From contig JANJGN010000052.1 in NCBI GenBank assembly GCA_026770705.1, positions 1,984,001-2,048,000 on the forward strand: a stretch of DNA of 64,000 nucleotides. The letters run 5' to 3'. Source of the stretch: Isurus oxyrinchus (Eukaryota). The notes under the pieces are model-generated. The model did no database searches. It worked only from the letters and a program-made list of their open reading frames with translations, and had not been told where the DNA came from. Both the position numbers and the translations under genes were made by a program. Positions 50,221 to 61,300 of this stretch are shown here, piece after piece (the first letter of the stretch is position 1; every line of letters starts with the position of its first letter).

Positions 50221-50735
50221 TTGCTGTGATCTGGAAAGTGCTGCCTGAAAGGGCGCTGGAAGCAGATTTAATAGGATCTTTCAAAAGGGGAATTAGATAA
50301 ATACTTGAAGGGGGAACATTTGAAGGGCTATGGGGGGAAGAGCAGGGGTGGACGGGGGGTCAAAGATATGGCGTGTCATTATAATGATATTATACCTTAG
50401 GCTTATTTATTGTACAAGAAACAAAGCACCAATCGCTCACAGGGATTGGGTGAGAATGTTAATGATTTGTTTATCAAGACTCGGCACGAGAACAGTTATA
50501 CATATGGAGAAAGATTGAAGGCATCAGAGCTGTGAGTGTGTGTTCTGCTCAAAGCAAAAGTCAAACTAAGATTGGATCACATGACACACTTCCATTATAG
50601 TGATGTCACGCTGATATCCCTTATTGGAACTAGAGACAGTCCAGTCGTTGGTGTAAGGTTACACTGGGCTCTGTGTCTGTGCTGCACTGACTCTCTGCTA
50701 TATGATAACCACAGTGTGATATTGTGTTATTGCAG

Positions 50736-50817
50736 GAGAAAGACAGCGATGGAGGAGAGAGTTTCAGGGACCAGTGACATTGTATTGACCCCCAGTCCAC
50801 TCTCTGTGAAGCACCAG
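50736..50817 (+). CDS. Module B cytoplasmic exon 1 (RKTAMEERVSGTSDIVLTPSPLSVKHQ)
   Basis: Acceptor tattgcag, donor CAG|gtacag, phase 2-0, linking TM and terminal exons in frame. Confidence 0.8.
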
Positions 50818-51832
50818 GTACAGGAGCTGTTTACACTCACTCCAAAGCTTCAATCTCAGTGTGTAGACAACACATGTCCCAGATTCCCAGCCCAGTTACC
50901 CACAGATATCTACCTGTGGAGTCAGATATGGCTCAGTAGGTAGCATTGTCTCTCGCTCCCTCCCCCTCTTCCCTCCATCACTCGCTCTTTGACCAGAAAC
51001 CTGAACGCAATAATGACAAGGCACCTGATGTCAGTAGTGAGGGAGTGCTGCACTGTCCTAGGGTCTGTGCTGAGGGAGTGCTGGAGTGTCAGAAGGTCAG
51101 TACTGAGGGAGTGTTGCACTGTCAGAGGGTCTGTACTGAGGGAGAGCTAGACTGTCAGAGGGTCAGTACTGAGGGAGTGCTGCGCTGTCATAGGGTCAGT
51201 ACTGAGGGAGTGCTGGACTGTCAGAGGGTCAGTACTGAGGGAGTGCTGCACTGTCGGATGGTCAGTACTGAGGACAGTACTGAGTGAGTGCTGCATTGTC
51301 AAAGAGTCCATTTTCAAGGGGTGCTGCCCTCTTGAAGGGGCAGTTCCGAGGGAGTGCTGCACTGTCAGCAGAGAGCACTGAGAGAACATTGCAGTGTTCG
51401 AGGTGCCTCTTTCAGAATAGTTGTATAATGCTGACCATGTTTACCATCTTATCTGGTCCCATGGCCACATTTCCAACACTGTAGCAGTGTTGCCCTTCAA
51501 TAAAATTCCTTCATTGGCGTGAGGTTCTTTGTGTGTCTGTGTTTGTGAATAATGGGGCACAAATCTCATGATTGGGATGGTAACATCGGACTTCAAGACT
51601 CAGGTCTGCGATAGCGAGAGAGATTACATGATAAATAGAGAGAGAAAGCAAGAGAGAGAGAGAGAAAGAGAGACAGAGAAAGAGATTGAAAAAAAGGAGA
51701 CAGAGAAAGAGAGTGAAAAAGAGGATTAAACCCATTGAGACATGACTGACAGTAACGAGGCTGCAGAATAATTTAACCCTATCAGTGCCAGTAAGTGATG
51801 TGAGGATGTCTTCTGTTTCCATTTCTCTGTAG

Positions 51833-52081
51833 GGTAAACAGAACGTGCTGATTACTGAGCCCCGGAACACAACCAGAGACACAACTAGTGAGGGGGAGAC
51901 CCCAGCTCCCCGGGGTCTCTCTGAAGGTCCAGTAGGAGGCGATGTTGGACATGGGAACCCCGACAAACCAGACGAGCTTTTCTATGCCAACATCAACTTT
52001 TCAAAGCTGCCCAGCGGTGACAGGACTGTGCACAGGAGCGAGGACACGGAATACGCACAGATCAGGTTCCAGAAAAACTGA
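51833..52081 (+). CDS. Module B terminal exon with ITIM (LFYANI, 51977-51994) and ITSM (TEYAQI, 52046-52063)
   Basis: Acceptor atttctctgtag, phase 0; motif pair and order as in CD33-related Siglec tails. Confidence 0.92.
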   Translation, partial: GKQNVLITEPRNTTRDTTSEGETPAPRGLSEGPVGGDVGHGNPDKPDELFYANINFSKLPSGDRTVHRSEDTEYAQIRFQKN

Positions 52082-52275
52082 GTGTGAAACAGGGAGCGGG
52101 GCTGTGGGGTGTGTGCAGCCAACATGGCCAAATAGTAATGAACAGAACTATGATGTTGCTCAACTTTTTTTTATTGGTTTTAACTGAGCTTTCTGAATGC
52201 TGCACCTTTTTCCATGCTGTAAAAGATTGTGAGAAGCTTATGAATTATGTATAATTTTACATCTGTTAATACAAG

Positions 52276-54342
52276 GTGAGGTGAGAGTGACTGCCTTTGA
52301 CATCAAGGCTGCATTTGACCGAGTGTGGCATCTAGGATCCCGAGTAAAACTGGAGTCAATGGGAATCAGGGGTGGTGCGAAAGTATAATAATTTGCTTAA
52401 TATTTTCCTGGTTTGTTGTAAACTAGGTTTATGGGTGTGAGTGTAGATGGATCTGTCTGTGTAGTTTAATTACATCTGGAGACAGGTAGACTGCAAGCTT
52501 GAGATTATCAAAAGAAGCTAGATGTAGAAATGTACTTGAAATGCTAATGAGAACACATGGAGGCTGCCTTAGCATGTAAGGTGTGAAGGGGTTGTTTAGA
52601 TTTCAAAGGGATATTGGTCTGTTTAGGACAAGCCCAATAAGCAAAGCTAAGGAGTTTTTTTTTAATTTTACCCAAACTTCATTGACAATATTGGCAACAT
52701 GAAAGTTTATATTATGGGAAAGGTACAGTTCCAAAGAATTTACACATCAAAGAGAGAGAAACATGTATAAAGGAGAATGAAAGGCTATGTTGGGGGCCAT
52801 GTAAGATCTAACAGGAGTGTGTGAAACAGGCTTGAAGAAGCCTCCAGGCATTTGTGCATAAGTCTGTTATGTTCAGTAAATAAAGTTGGAGAAACCCATT
52901 TAGAATTCCAGTGTCAAGTGTGTGCTGTGTTAACTCGCTGGATTTGTTTTTAATCTAAAATCTTATTTTGGACTGTTGCCTTAAAAGGGGTATGTAACTG
53001 GGAGTCAGGTTAATTAGGAATTTGAGAATATATTTTAGCTGTAACTAACCGTGGTATTATGTCTGTGCTTGAAATCTTTTATTTTGTTAATAAATATCTT
53101 AATCCAATTTTTAAAATCTCTAAAGGTTGTGGTCAACTCATTACTCCTGAATTCAGTGCACGCTTCTTGTAATAAATACAAATTGCAAAACTATTGTGAT
53201 AGCGTGACCAATTTTCCCTTGTGGATTTGGAGCACCAAGCACACATCATCTGCCATGTCATGTCACAGGGAAAACTCTCCACTCGTTGGATTCATACCAA
53301 GTACAAAGGAAGGTGGTTGTGGTTGTTGGAGGTCAGTCATCTCAGTTCCAGGACATCACTGCAGGAGTTGCTCAGTGTAGTGTCCTAGGCCCAACCATCT
53401 TCAGCTGCTTCATCAATGACATTCATTCTATCAGATGGTCAGAATTATGGATGGTCGCTGATGATTGCACAACGTTCAACATCATTCATGACTCATCAGA
53501 TGCTGAAGCAGTCCATGTCCAAATGGAGCAAGACCTGGACAATATCCAGGCTTGGCCTGACAAGTGGCAAGTAACATTCATGCCACACAAGTGCCAGGCA
53601 ATGACCATCTCCAACCAGAGAGAATATATCCATCTCTCCTTAATGTCCAATGGCATCACCATTGCTGAATCCCCCACTATCAACACGCTGGGAGTTAACA
53701 TTGACTAGAAACTGAACTGGACTAGACATATAAATACTGTGACTACAAGAGCAGGCCAGAGGCTGGGAATCCTGTGGTGAGTAACTCACCTCCTGACTCC
53801 CCAAAGCCTGTCCACCAACCTCAAGGCACAGGTCAGAAGTGATGGAATACTCTCCACTTGCCTAGATGAGTGCAGCTCCAACAACACTCAAGAAGCTCGA
53901 CACCGTCCAGGACAAAGCAGCCCCGCTTGATTTGCGCCCCATCCACAAACATTCTCTCCCTCTACAACTGACGCACAGTGGCAGCAGTGTGTGTACCATC
54001 TACAAGATGCAACGCAGGGAGTCACCAAGCCTCCTTAGACAGCACCTTCCAAACACATGATCACTACCATCTCGAAGGACAAGGGCAGCAGACACATGGG
54101 AACACCACCACCTGGAAGTTCCCCTCCAAGTCACTCACCATCCTGACTTGGAAATATATCACCGTTCCTTCACTGTCGCTGGGTCAGAATCCTGCAACTC
54201 CCTCCCAAACAGTTCTGTGGGTGTACATACACCACAGGGACTGCAGCAGCTCAAGAAGGCAGCTCACCCCCATATTCTCAAGGACAATTAGGGATGGGCA
54301 ATAAATTCTGGCCTAGCCAGTGTCAGTGAATGAATAAAAAAA
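52276..54342 (+). mobile_element. CR1 LINE in the module B 3' UTR, interrupted by a solo LTR
   Basis: DIKAAFDRVWH, GPTIFSCFIND, MVADD motifs; gaatgaataaaaaa tail; the flanks are contiguous in the gene A 3' UTR. Confidence 0.88.
52373..53267 (+). mobile_element. Solo LTR nested in CR1
   Basis: TG...CA ends, G-run TSD; splits the CR1 motif gggaatcagggg|aaaactctcc; homologous to 11412-12337. Confidence 0.75.
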
Positions 54343-55464
54343 TGAAGCAATTAAAATGCCCTGACATTTCTGTACATTTTTATCAAATTAAATACATACT
54401 CTAGTGAATAATTCCATTCTCCAAGGCACCACTTCCTGTTGTCACATGCCCTTCTGATTATTTAAATTCCTGTGTCATTGGTAATGGAATATTCCCATGT
54501 AAACATGTCACACTGTAATTACAGCCTCCTGCCAGTGGTGGTGCTCTAGTGTCATAATTTTGCTTCTCAGAGACTGGAGGAGCTGTATACTTTGTGTTTG
54601 CAATATGAGTAACACCCAGGGGTGACCAGGGGGATTCTTTTGGCCAAGTTTACGATATTGCTAAGATACAATGGCCCCGTGAGATTTTTCCTACTGTCTT
54701 TACAAGGTTGAATTGAAGAGATTTTTGAAGTGTCTGGCACAGTTTTATTAAGGTCCCCTCACATCCAGTCTGGTGTCACTGGGTTCAGTTCTGAGTCCGG
54801 CACCTCAGGGAGGATATATTGTCCTCGGAGGGGGTGCTGTGCAGAGTCACCAGGATGATCCCGGGGCTGAAAGGGTTAAATCCCGAGGACAGGTTGCACA
54901 GACCAGGCTTGTGTTCCCTCGAGTCTCGAAGATTAAGGGGTAATCTAATCGAGGTGTTTAAGATGAGTCGTCTCTGTGACCTGCTTCAACCCTGTGAGTC
55001 AGCAATGACAACATGAGTTGATGTTAGCCTGATATGTAGTGCATGGAGGGATATTACTCTCCAGGGTGTGTGTGCATCACAGTGCTCATTCACATGTGTT
55101 CCATGTGCACCTACATCAGCTGTGTAGACATACAAGCCTCAATGCTGCATCCGGGGAATGTGCCATGTCTCACACCTTAGCTGCAGCACGACCCTTCCCT
55201 TGGAGCTCTGTGTGCTCGAGACATATTTTGTTATTTTTTCCTGCCGTCTCTGTGTCCCCCGACCTGGGAGTGAAAATCCGGCCTTAACTTCCACTTTCTA
55301 GTGTCTGAGACAAGAGGCAATGAGTGAGTGGGCTGACGGTCAGGATTAATGCTGTTAATCTGTGTTTGAGGGGCTGTGAATTCTCGGGGGACTAGTTACT
55401 CTCTGAGCAGCAGCTTCCAAATCCTTATTTGATGCCGTGCATATGGGGTTGGAAGATTTTTTTT

Positions 55465-55570
55465 AAAACCACAGGCAGTTCACAGAAACCCACAGGAAAC
55501 CCACAGAGAGACAGTCACTGAGAAAGTCACTCACTCCTTGTGGTTTCACCTTTTAACCACATCCTGTCTG
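55465..55570. promoter_or_regulatory. RUNX/ETS motif cluster (candidate leukocyte enhancer)
   Basis: AACCACA 55467, TGTGGTT 55539, and AACCACATCCTGT 55555-55567 (ETS:RUNX composite), plus caggaaac near 55493. Confidence 0.45.
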
Positions 55571-55974
55571 TGTGGCTTAAATGTTAAACACAGTGGCCAG
55601 ACTCAAGGAGGTTTCACTCTGTNNNNNNNNNNNNNNNNNNNNNNNNNNNNNNNNNNNNNNNNNNNNNNNNNNNNNNNNNNNNNNNNNNNNNNNNNNNNNN
55701 NNNNNNNNNNNNNNNNNNNNNNNNNNNNNNNNNNNNNNNNNNNNNNNNNNNNNNNNNNNNNNNNNNNNNNNNNNNNNNNNNNNNNNNNNNNNNNNNNNNN
55801 NNNNNNNNNNNNNNNNNNNNNNNNNNNNNNNNNNNNNNNNNNNNNNNNNNNNNNNNNNNNNNNNCAGACAGACACAAACACACACATTCACACACACACA
55901 CATTCACTCACACACACACATTCACTCACACACTCACTCACACACACAAACACACACACAAAGACAATATCCCA

Positions 55975-58205
55975 ATGACAACAAACTGCGATTAAGAACT
56001 TCCTACAACTTAACTAAGAGACCAAAGACATATTGAACTGTCTAAAAGCGACCTGTTTTTCAAAGAAATACAAGATTGTACACAGATCAAAAATGGCTGA
56101 CACAAGTCACCTGATTGCTGATACTGTGAAGTTGATCACTTCTCTGGGAAGGTTCAAATGAATTGCACTGCAGACCTGTTGCATGGAAGTTCACGCCTGG
56201 GGTGTGTCAGGGTCCACTTCAAATAGAGACACTCTTAAAAGGAAGGCATTAAAATGTAAAGTGCTGGACTTTGATCAGCTGTAGTTCAATCAAAACATTG
56301 GGAACTGCTCACCAAGTGGATAATCATCAACCATTCAAAACCCCCTGTGGAGGATACAATACCCCCATCTCCTGTTGATTTATATCTTGAAATGCATCAA
56401 AGGTTTCAGAGATGCAAAGATAAAAAAATGGGAATACTTGGTCTATAACAATGAATGCAAAACATGCTGATCGAATTGACTTCAGGGATATACAGACAGG
56501 AGTTTAACAAATGGTTCTGCCAAGCAGATATAAGAGAAAGGAGGGGAAAAAGAAATATGGCAGTCTTCCACAAACACTGCTGGAAAAGAGCAGAAATGAT
56601 TTCTCCCTCTCTCTCTCTCTGTCTGAAGCTAACAGAATGTCTTCAACAATGTGCAAGTCTGAGCCAGATAAAATACAGGAATCTACAGAAAACCAACTAA
56701 TTTAAAACAGCTTCAAACTTCACAGCCTACGCTGTAGTACAAGCAAACGACTCTTTTAATTTTTTATTGGACTCTATAATTATNNNNNNNNNNNNNNNNN
56801 NNNNNNNNNNNNNNNNNNNNNNNNNNNNNNNNNNNNNNNNNNNNNNNNNNNNNNNNNNNNNNNNNNNNNNNNNNNNNNNNNNNNNNNNNNNNNNNNNNNN
56901 NNNNNNNNNNNNNNNNNNNNNNNNNNNNNNNNNNNNNNNNNNNNNNNNNNNNNNNNNNNNNNNNNNNNNNNNNNNNNNNNNNNNNNNNNNNNNNNNNNNN
57001 NNNNNNNNNNNNNNNNNNNNNNNNNNNNNNNNNNNNNNNNNNNNNNNNNNNNNNNNNNNNNNNNNNNNNNNNNNNNNNNNNNNNNNNNNNNNNNNNNNNN
57101 NNNNNNATTATTTTTCCTCCAGTTAGATAACTAATAAACTTACTCTTTCTTTGACTCCACCAAACGTGGTTTAATTGGTTCATTCTTAACAAACAAAGAG
57201 ACTTGCTTTGGAAATTGCATTTGGGGGAAAATATATTTTAAACCCTTTTTTTTCAACCAACCATAATTACCTCTTAAACATCTTAATCTCATTACTACTG
57301 AATTCAAAGCCCACATCTCAAAACATACAAGTTGGAAATTAGTTGTGACAGTTGTTTCAAGTTTCCCTCCAGGATTTGAACAGCTCAGCATTTACCATCT
57401 GTTATGTCATAACAGAGCTTCCTTCAACTTAACCAACGAGCCAAAAATGTATTGAACTGTTTAAAGGAGACCTGTTTTTCAAAAGTACAAGATTAGGCAT
57501 TGATCAAAAATGGCTGTCACGAGTCACCTGATTGCTGATACTGCAAACTTGATCACTTCTCCGGAAAGCTTCAAATGAATTGCACTACAGACATGTTGCA
57601 TGAAAGTTCTCACTGAGGTGTGTCAGGGTCCACCTGAAACAGGGGCTCCATTAAAAATGCAAAGCGCTGGACTCTGATCACTGTAGGTCTATCAAGCTAA
57701 TGGGAACTGCTCACCATGCAGATATTCATCAGTCATTCAAAACCCCTTGTGGAGGATGAAATGCCTCCATCTCCTGTTGATTTATATCTTGAAATGCATC
57801 AAATGTTTCAGAGATGCAAAGATCAAAAAAGGGATTACTTGGTCTGCGACAATGAATGCAAGACATGCTGATCGAATTCCCTTTGGGAATATACAGACAG
57901 GAGTTTAACAACAGGTTCTGTCAAGCAGATATAAGAGAAAGTAGGAGGAAAAAGAAAGATGGCAGTCACTCAAAAACACTGCTGGAAAAGAGCAGAAATT
58001 CTCTCTCTCTCTCTCTCTCTCTTTCTGAAGCTAACAGCGCATCTTCAACAAAGTGCAAATCTGAATCAAATCACCACCAGGATGCCACAGGAAACCAATT
58101 AACCTTGAACAGCTGCAAATGTCAACAATCTACACCTCAAAGACAAGCAATTGTATTAATCATATATTCTTTTAAATTTTTATTGGACTCTAACTTTTTA
58201 ATTAT
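55975..58205 (+). repeat. Two diverged direct copies of an LTR-like element (about 55990-56783 and 57410-58205)
   Basis: Shared blocks such as gatcaaaaatggctg, agtcacctgattgctgatactg and catctcctgttgatttatatcttgaaatgcatcaaa. Confidence 0.7.
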
Positions 58206-58329
58206 GACTTGTGTGTCTGTGTGTGTGTGTGTGTCTGTCTGCTTCTGTGAGTCAGTGTGTGTCTGTGTGTGTGTGTCTGGGTGAACATGTGTGAGTGAGT
58301 GTGTGTCTGTCTATGTACCCTTGTGAGTG

Positions 58330-61300
58330 AATGTGTGTGTGTGTGTACATGTGTGCGTGTGGATTGTTGCATCTTTATTATTAACGTTATTTAAAAATAG
58401 TGATCACACAAGCCTGGTTTCTAAGGAAATGAAACTGCAAACAATTTACAGTAAAGTGAAACGTACAGGAATAATCTATTTATTTTGAGCTGATGATATA
58501 TAATTATACATGAGGCATGTTGCTAATTTCAAATGTCATCTGAAATATGGCAGGTCTGACAGAGCAGCATTCCCTCAGTGCCCACCCTCTGACAGTGCAG
58601 CACTCCCTCAGCATTGACCCTTTGAGAGTGCAGCACTCCTTCAGTATTGACCCTCTGGGAGTGCAGCACTCCCTCAGCACTGACCCTCTGGGAGTGCAGC
58701 TCTCCCTCAGTACCGACCCTCTGGAAGTGCAGCACTCCCTCAGTGCTAACCCTCCAACAGTGCAGCACTCTCTCAGTACTGACCCTCTGACAGTGCAGCA
58801 CTCCCTCAGTACTGACCCTCCAACAGTGCAGCACTCCCTCACTGGGAAGAGTCCGTCCGCATTTTAAGCTGAAACCTTGAGACGGTCTCAAAATCCCAAC
58901 CTTCCATCTCAGAGAGAGAGAGTGCGTTTATGTGAGAGAGAGAGACAATGTATGTGTGAGAGACTGAGAGTGTGTATGTGTGAGAGAGCAAAAGAGAGGT
59001 AGAGTGTGTGTGCATGAGAGAGGGAGGTAGCTTGTGTGTGTGAGAGAGAGAGTGTGTGTGAGAGAAAGAGAACGTCTGTGAGAGTGAGAGAGAATTTATG
59101 TGTGAGAGAGAAAGATAGAGAGAATGTGCGTGTGAGATAGTGTGTGTGCAAAAGAGAGTGTGTGTCTGTGAGAGAGTGTTTGTGTATGTGAGAGTGTGTG
59201 TGTGAGATCATGTGTGTGTGTGTGTTTGAGAAAGAGGGTGTGTGTGTTTGAGAGAGGGAGTGTGCGAGAAAGAGATGGTGTGAGTGTTTGAGGGAGGGGG
59301 AGATTGTGTGTTTGAGACAGGGAGTGAGAGAGAACATGTGTGTGAGAGAGAGAGTGTGTGTGTATGTGTGTGTGTGAAAGAGAAAGTGTTTGTGCAAAAC
59401 AGTGTGTGTTTGAGAGTATGTGTGCATGTGTGAGTGTGTGTGTGTGTGTGCTAATGTTTGTGTCTGTGTGTGTGTGAGGGTTTGTGTGTGAGTGAGTTTG
59501 TGCGTTTGTGTGCGTGTGTGTGTGCATGTGTGTGCGTGAAAGAGTGTTTGTGCAAAAGAGTGNNNNNNNNNNNNNNNNNNNNNNNNNNNNNNNNNNNNNN
59601 NNNNNNNNNNNNNNNNNNNNNNNNNNNNNNNNNNNNNNNNNNNNNNNNNNNNNNNNNNNNNNNNNNNNNNNNNNNNNNNNNNNNNNNNNNNNNNNNNNNN
59701 NNNNNNNNNNNNNNNNNNNNNNNNNNNNNNNNNNNNNNNNNNNNNACAGTTACACACGTTGCTAGGGACCACTTTTCCGCCTCTCTGTCAGACTGTGTAT
59801 CTGACAGCAGGTCAGGCAGAAATAGTCCAGAATGCGCTGTGGTTTTGTAGCATTGAAACAACGACAGGAACTAAATGAGTGCTGCACCAAATAAAGACAT
59901 GGAGTTACCACACCAAAAAACCACGTGACATCCCCAGTTTCACATCTCCCTCAAACACAGAAAAAGTGGGTTAACACTGACCCTCCTCCCAGAGCCAGTT
60001 CACCTCGTGTCCGATGCAGTCAGGAGAGGAAGATCATCTCTCCTCCGATCCTGGTAAACTGAACATTTCCAGAATTAGATCAGCTCCCTGAAGTGTCTCC
60101 AGTTAGACATTCATCTGACAGGATTGACTCTACAACCCTGGGGACTCATTCTCCTGTAAGTAAAACACTTGCTGCTCCTGTCAAATCTCTTCTGTACAGC
60201 ATGGTCTCTGGATGTCCCAGAACACTTTACAATAGAGTTCACCCTTTTTTCGAAGTGTGGTTACTGTTGTAATGTAGGAAACGCAGCAGCCAATTAGCGC
60301 ACAGCAAGCTCCCACAAACAGCAATGTGATCATCTGTTTTTAGTGATGTTGGTTGAGGGATAAATATTGGTCCCAGGACACCGGGGAGATCTCCCCCCTG
60401 CTCTTCCTCCAAATAGTGGCTGTGGGATCTTTCACACCCGCCCGAGAGGGCAGACGGGGGACTCGGTTTAGTGTCTAATATTGGACTAATCTCCAGGCGA
60501 GGTTGGCTGGATGGATTATTGACAAGGTCCATTCACCCTGTAAAGAGTTTCTCTGGTTTGAAATACCCGATCAAACATCGAGTTCTGTGTCTAAACCTTG
60601 TGTTGAAAAGACACCTTTCCAGCTCTTCACCTGCCATTAGCTTGTTGAGTCTTCACATGCTCCGTCTGTCCGTGACCAACCCCTCTTAGCTCATCCTTTC
60701 CTTGTCGTACATCGAGCTGTTCATCCTGACGGGTTCCCTCCTTCCCAGTAACACTCCATCTCCGACATCAAACTAACTCCCAACACGTTGATGAATTGTA
60801 TGGATTCCAGCGTCAGTTGGTTCTGTCTGAGGCTGTTTCTCTGATCGGGGACCGAGCTGTTCTGAATGGACATTGTGTTCAGTACTGATCCTCCGACAGT
60901 GCAGCACTCCCTCAGTACTTACCCTCTGACAGTGCAGCACGCCCTCAGTACTGATCCTCTGACAGTGCAGCACTCCCTCACCACTCCCTCACTGGGGAGA
61001 ATCTACCTGGGTTTTGAGCTGAAATCATGAGCAGGTCTTAAAACATTCTGTATCAGAGAGAGAGAGAGTGTCTGAGAGAGAGAGAGAGACAGAGAGACTG
61101 TGTGAGAGAGAAAAAGAGATAGAGAGTGTGCATGTGTGAGGGCGAGTGTTTGTATATGAGGGAGAGAGGGTGCATGTGAGAGTGTGTGAGAGAGAGTGTG
61201 TGGGAGAGAGCGTGTGTTTGTGACAGAGAGTGTGTGTGTGTGTGCGAGGGAGAGAAAGAGAGAGACAGCAGAAGATCGAGATGAAGAGAAATGTTAAATG

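Larger units (their letters stand above)
42748..59745. other. Assembly gaps at 42748-42917, 46795-46925, 55623-55864, 56784-57106, 59563-59745
   Basis: N runs, mostly next to CA/TG-rich tracts. Confidence 0.99.

Noticed and set aside
56455-58284. Paralogous ORFs MQNMLIE... and MQDMLIE...
   Set aside because: They lie in two copies of an LTR-like repeat and their frames diverge after indels.
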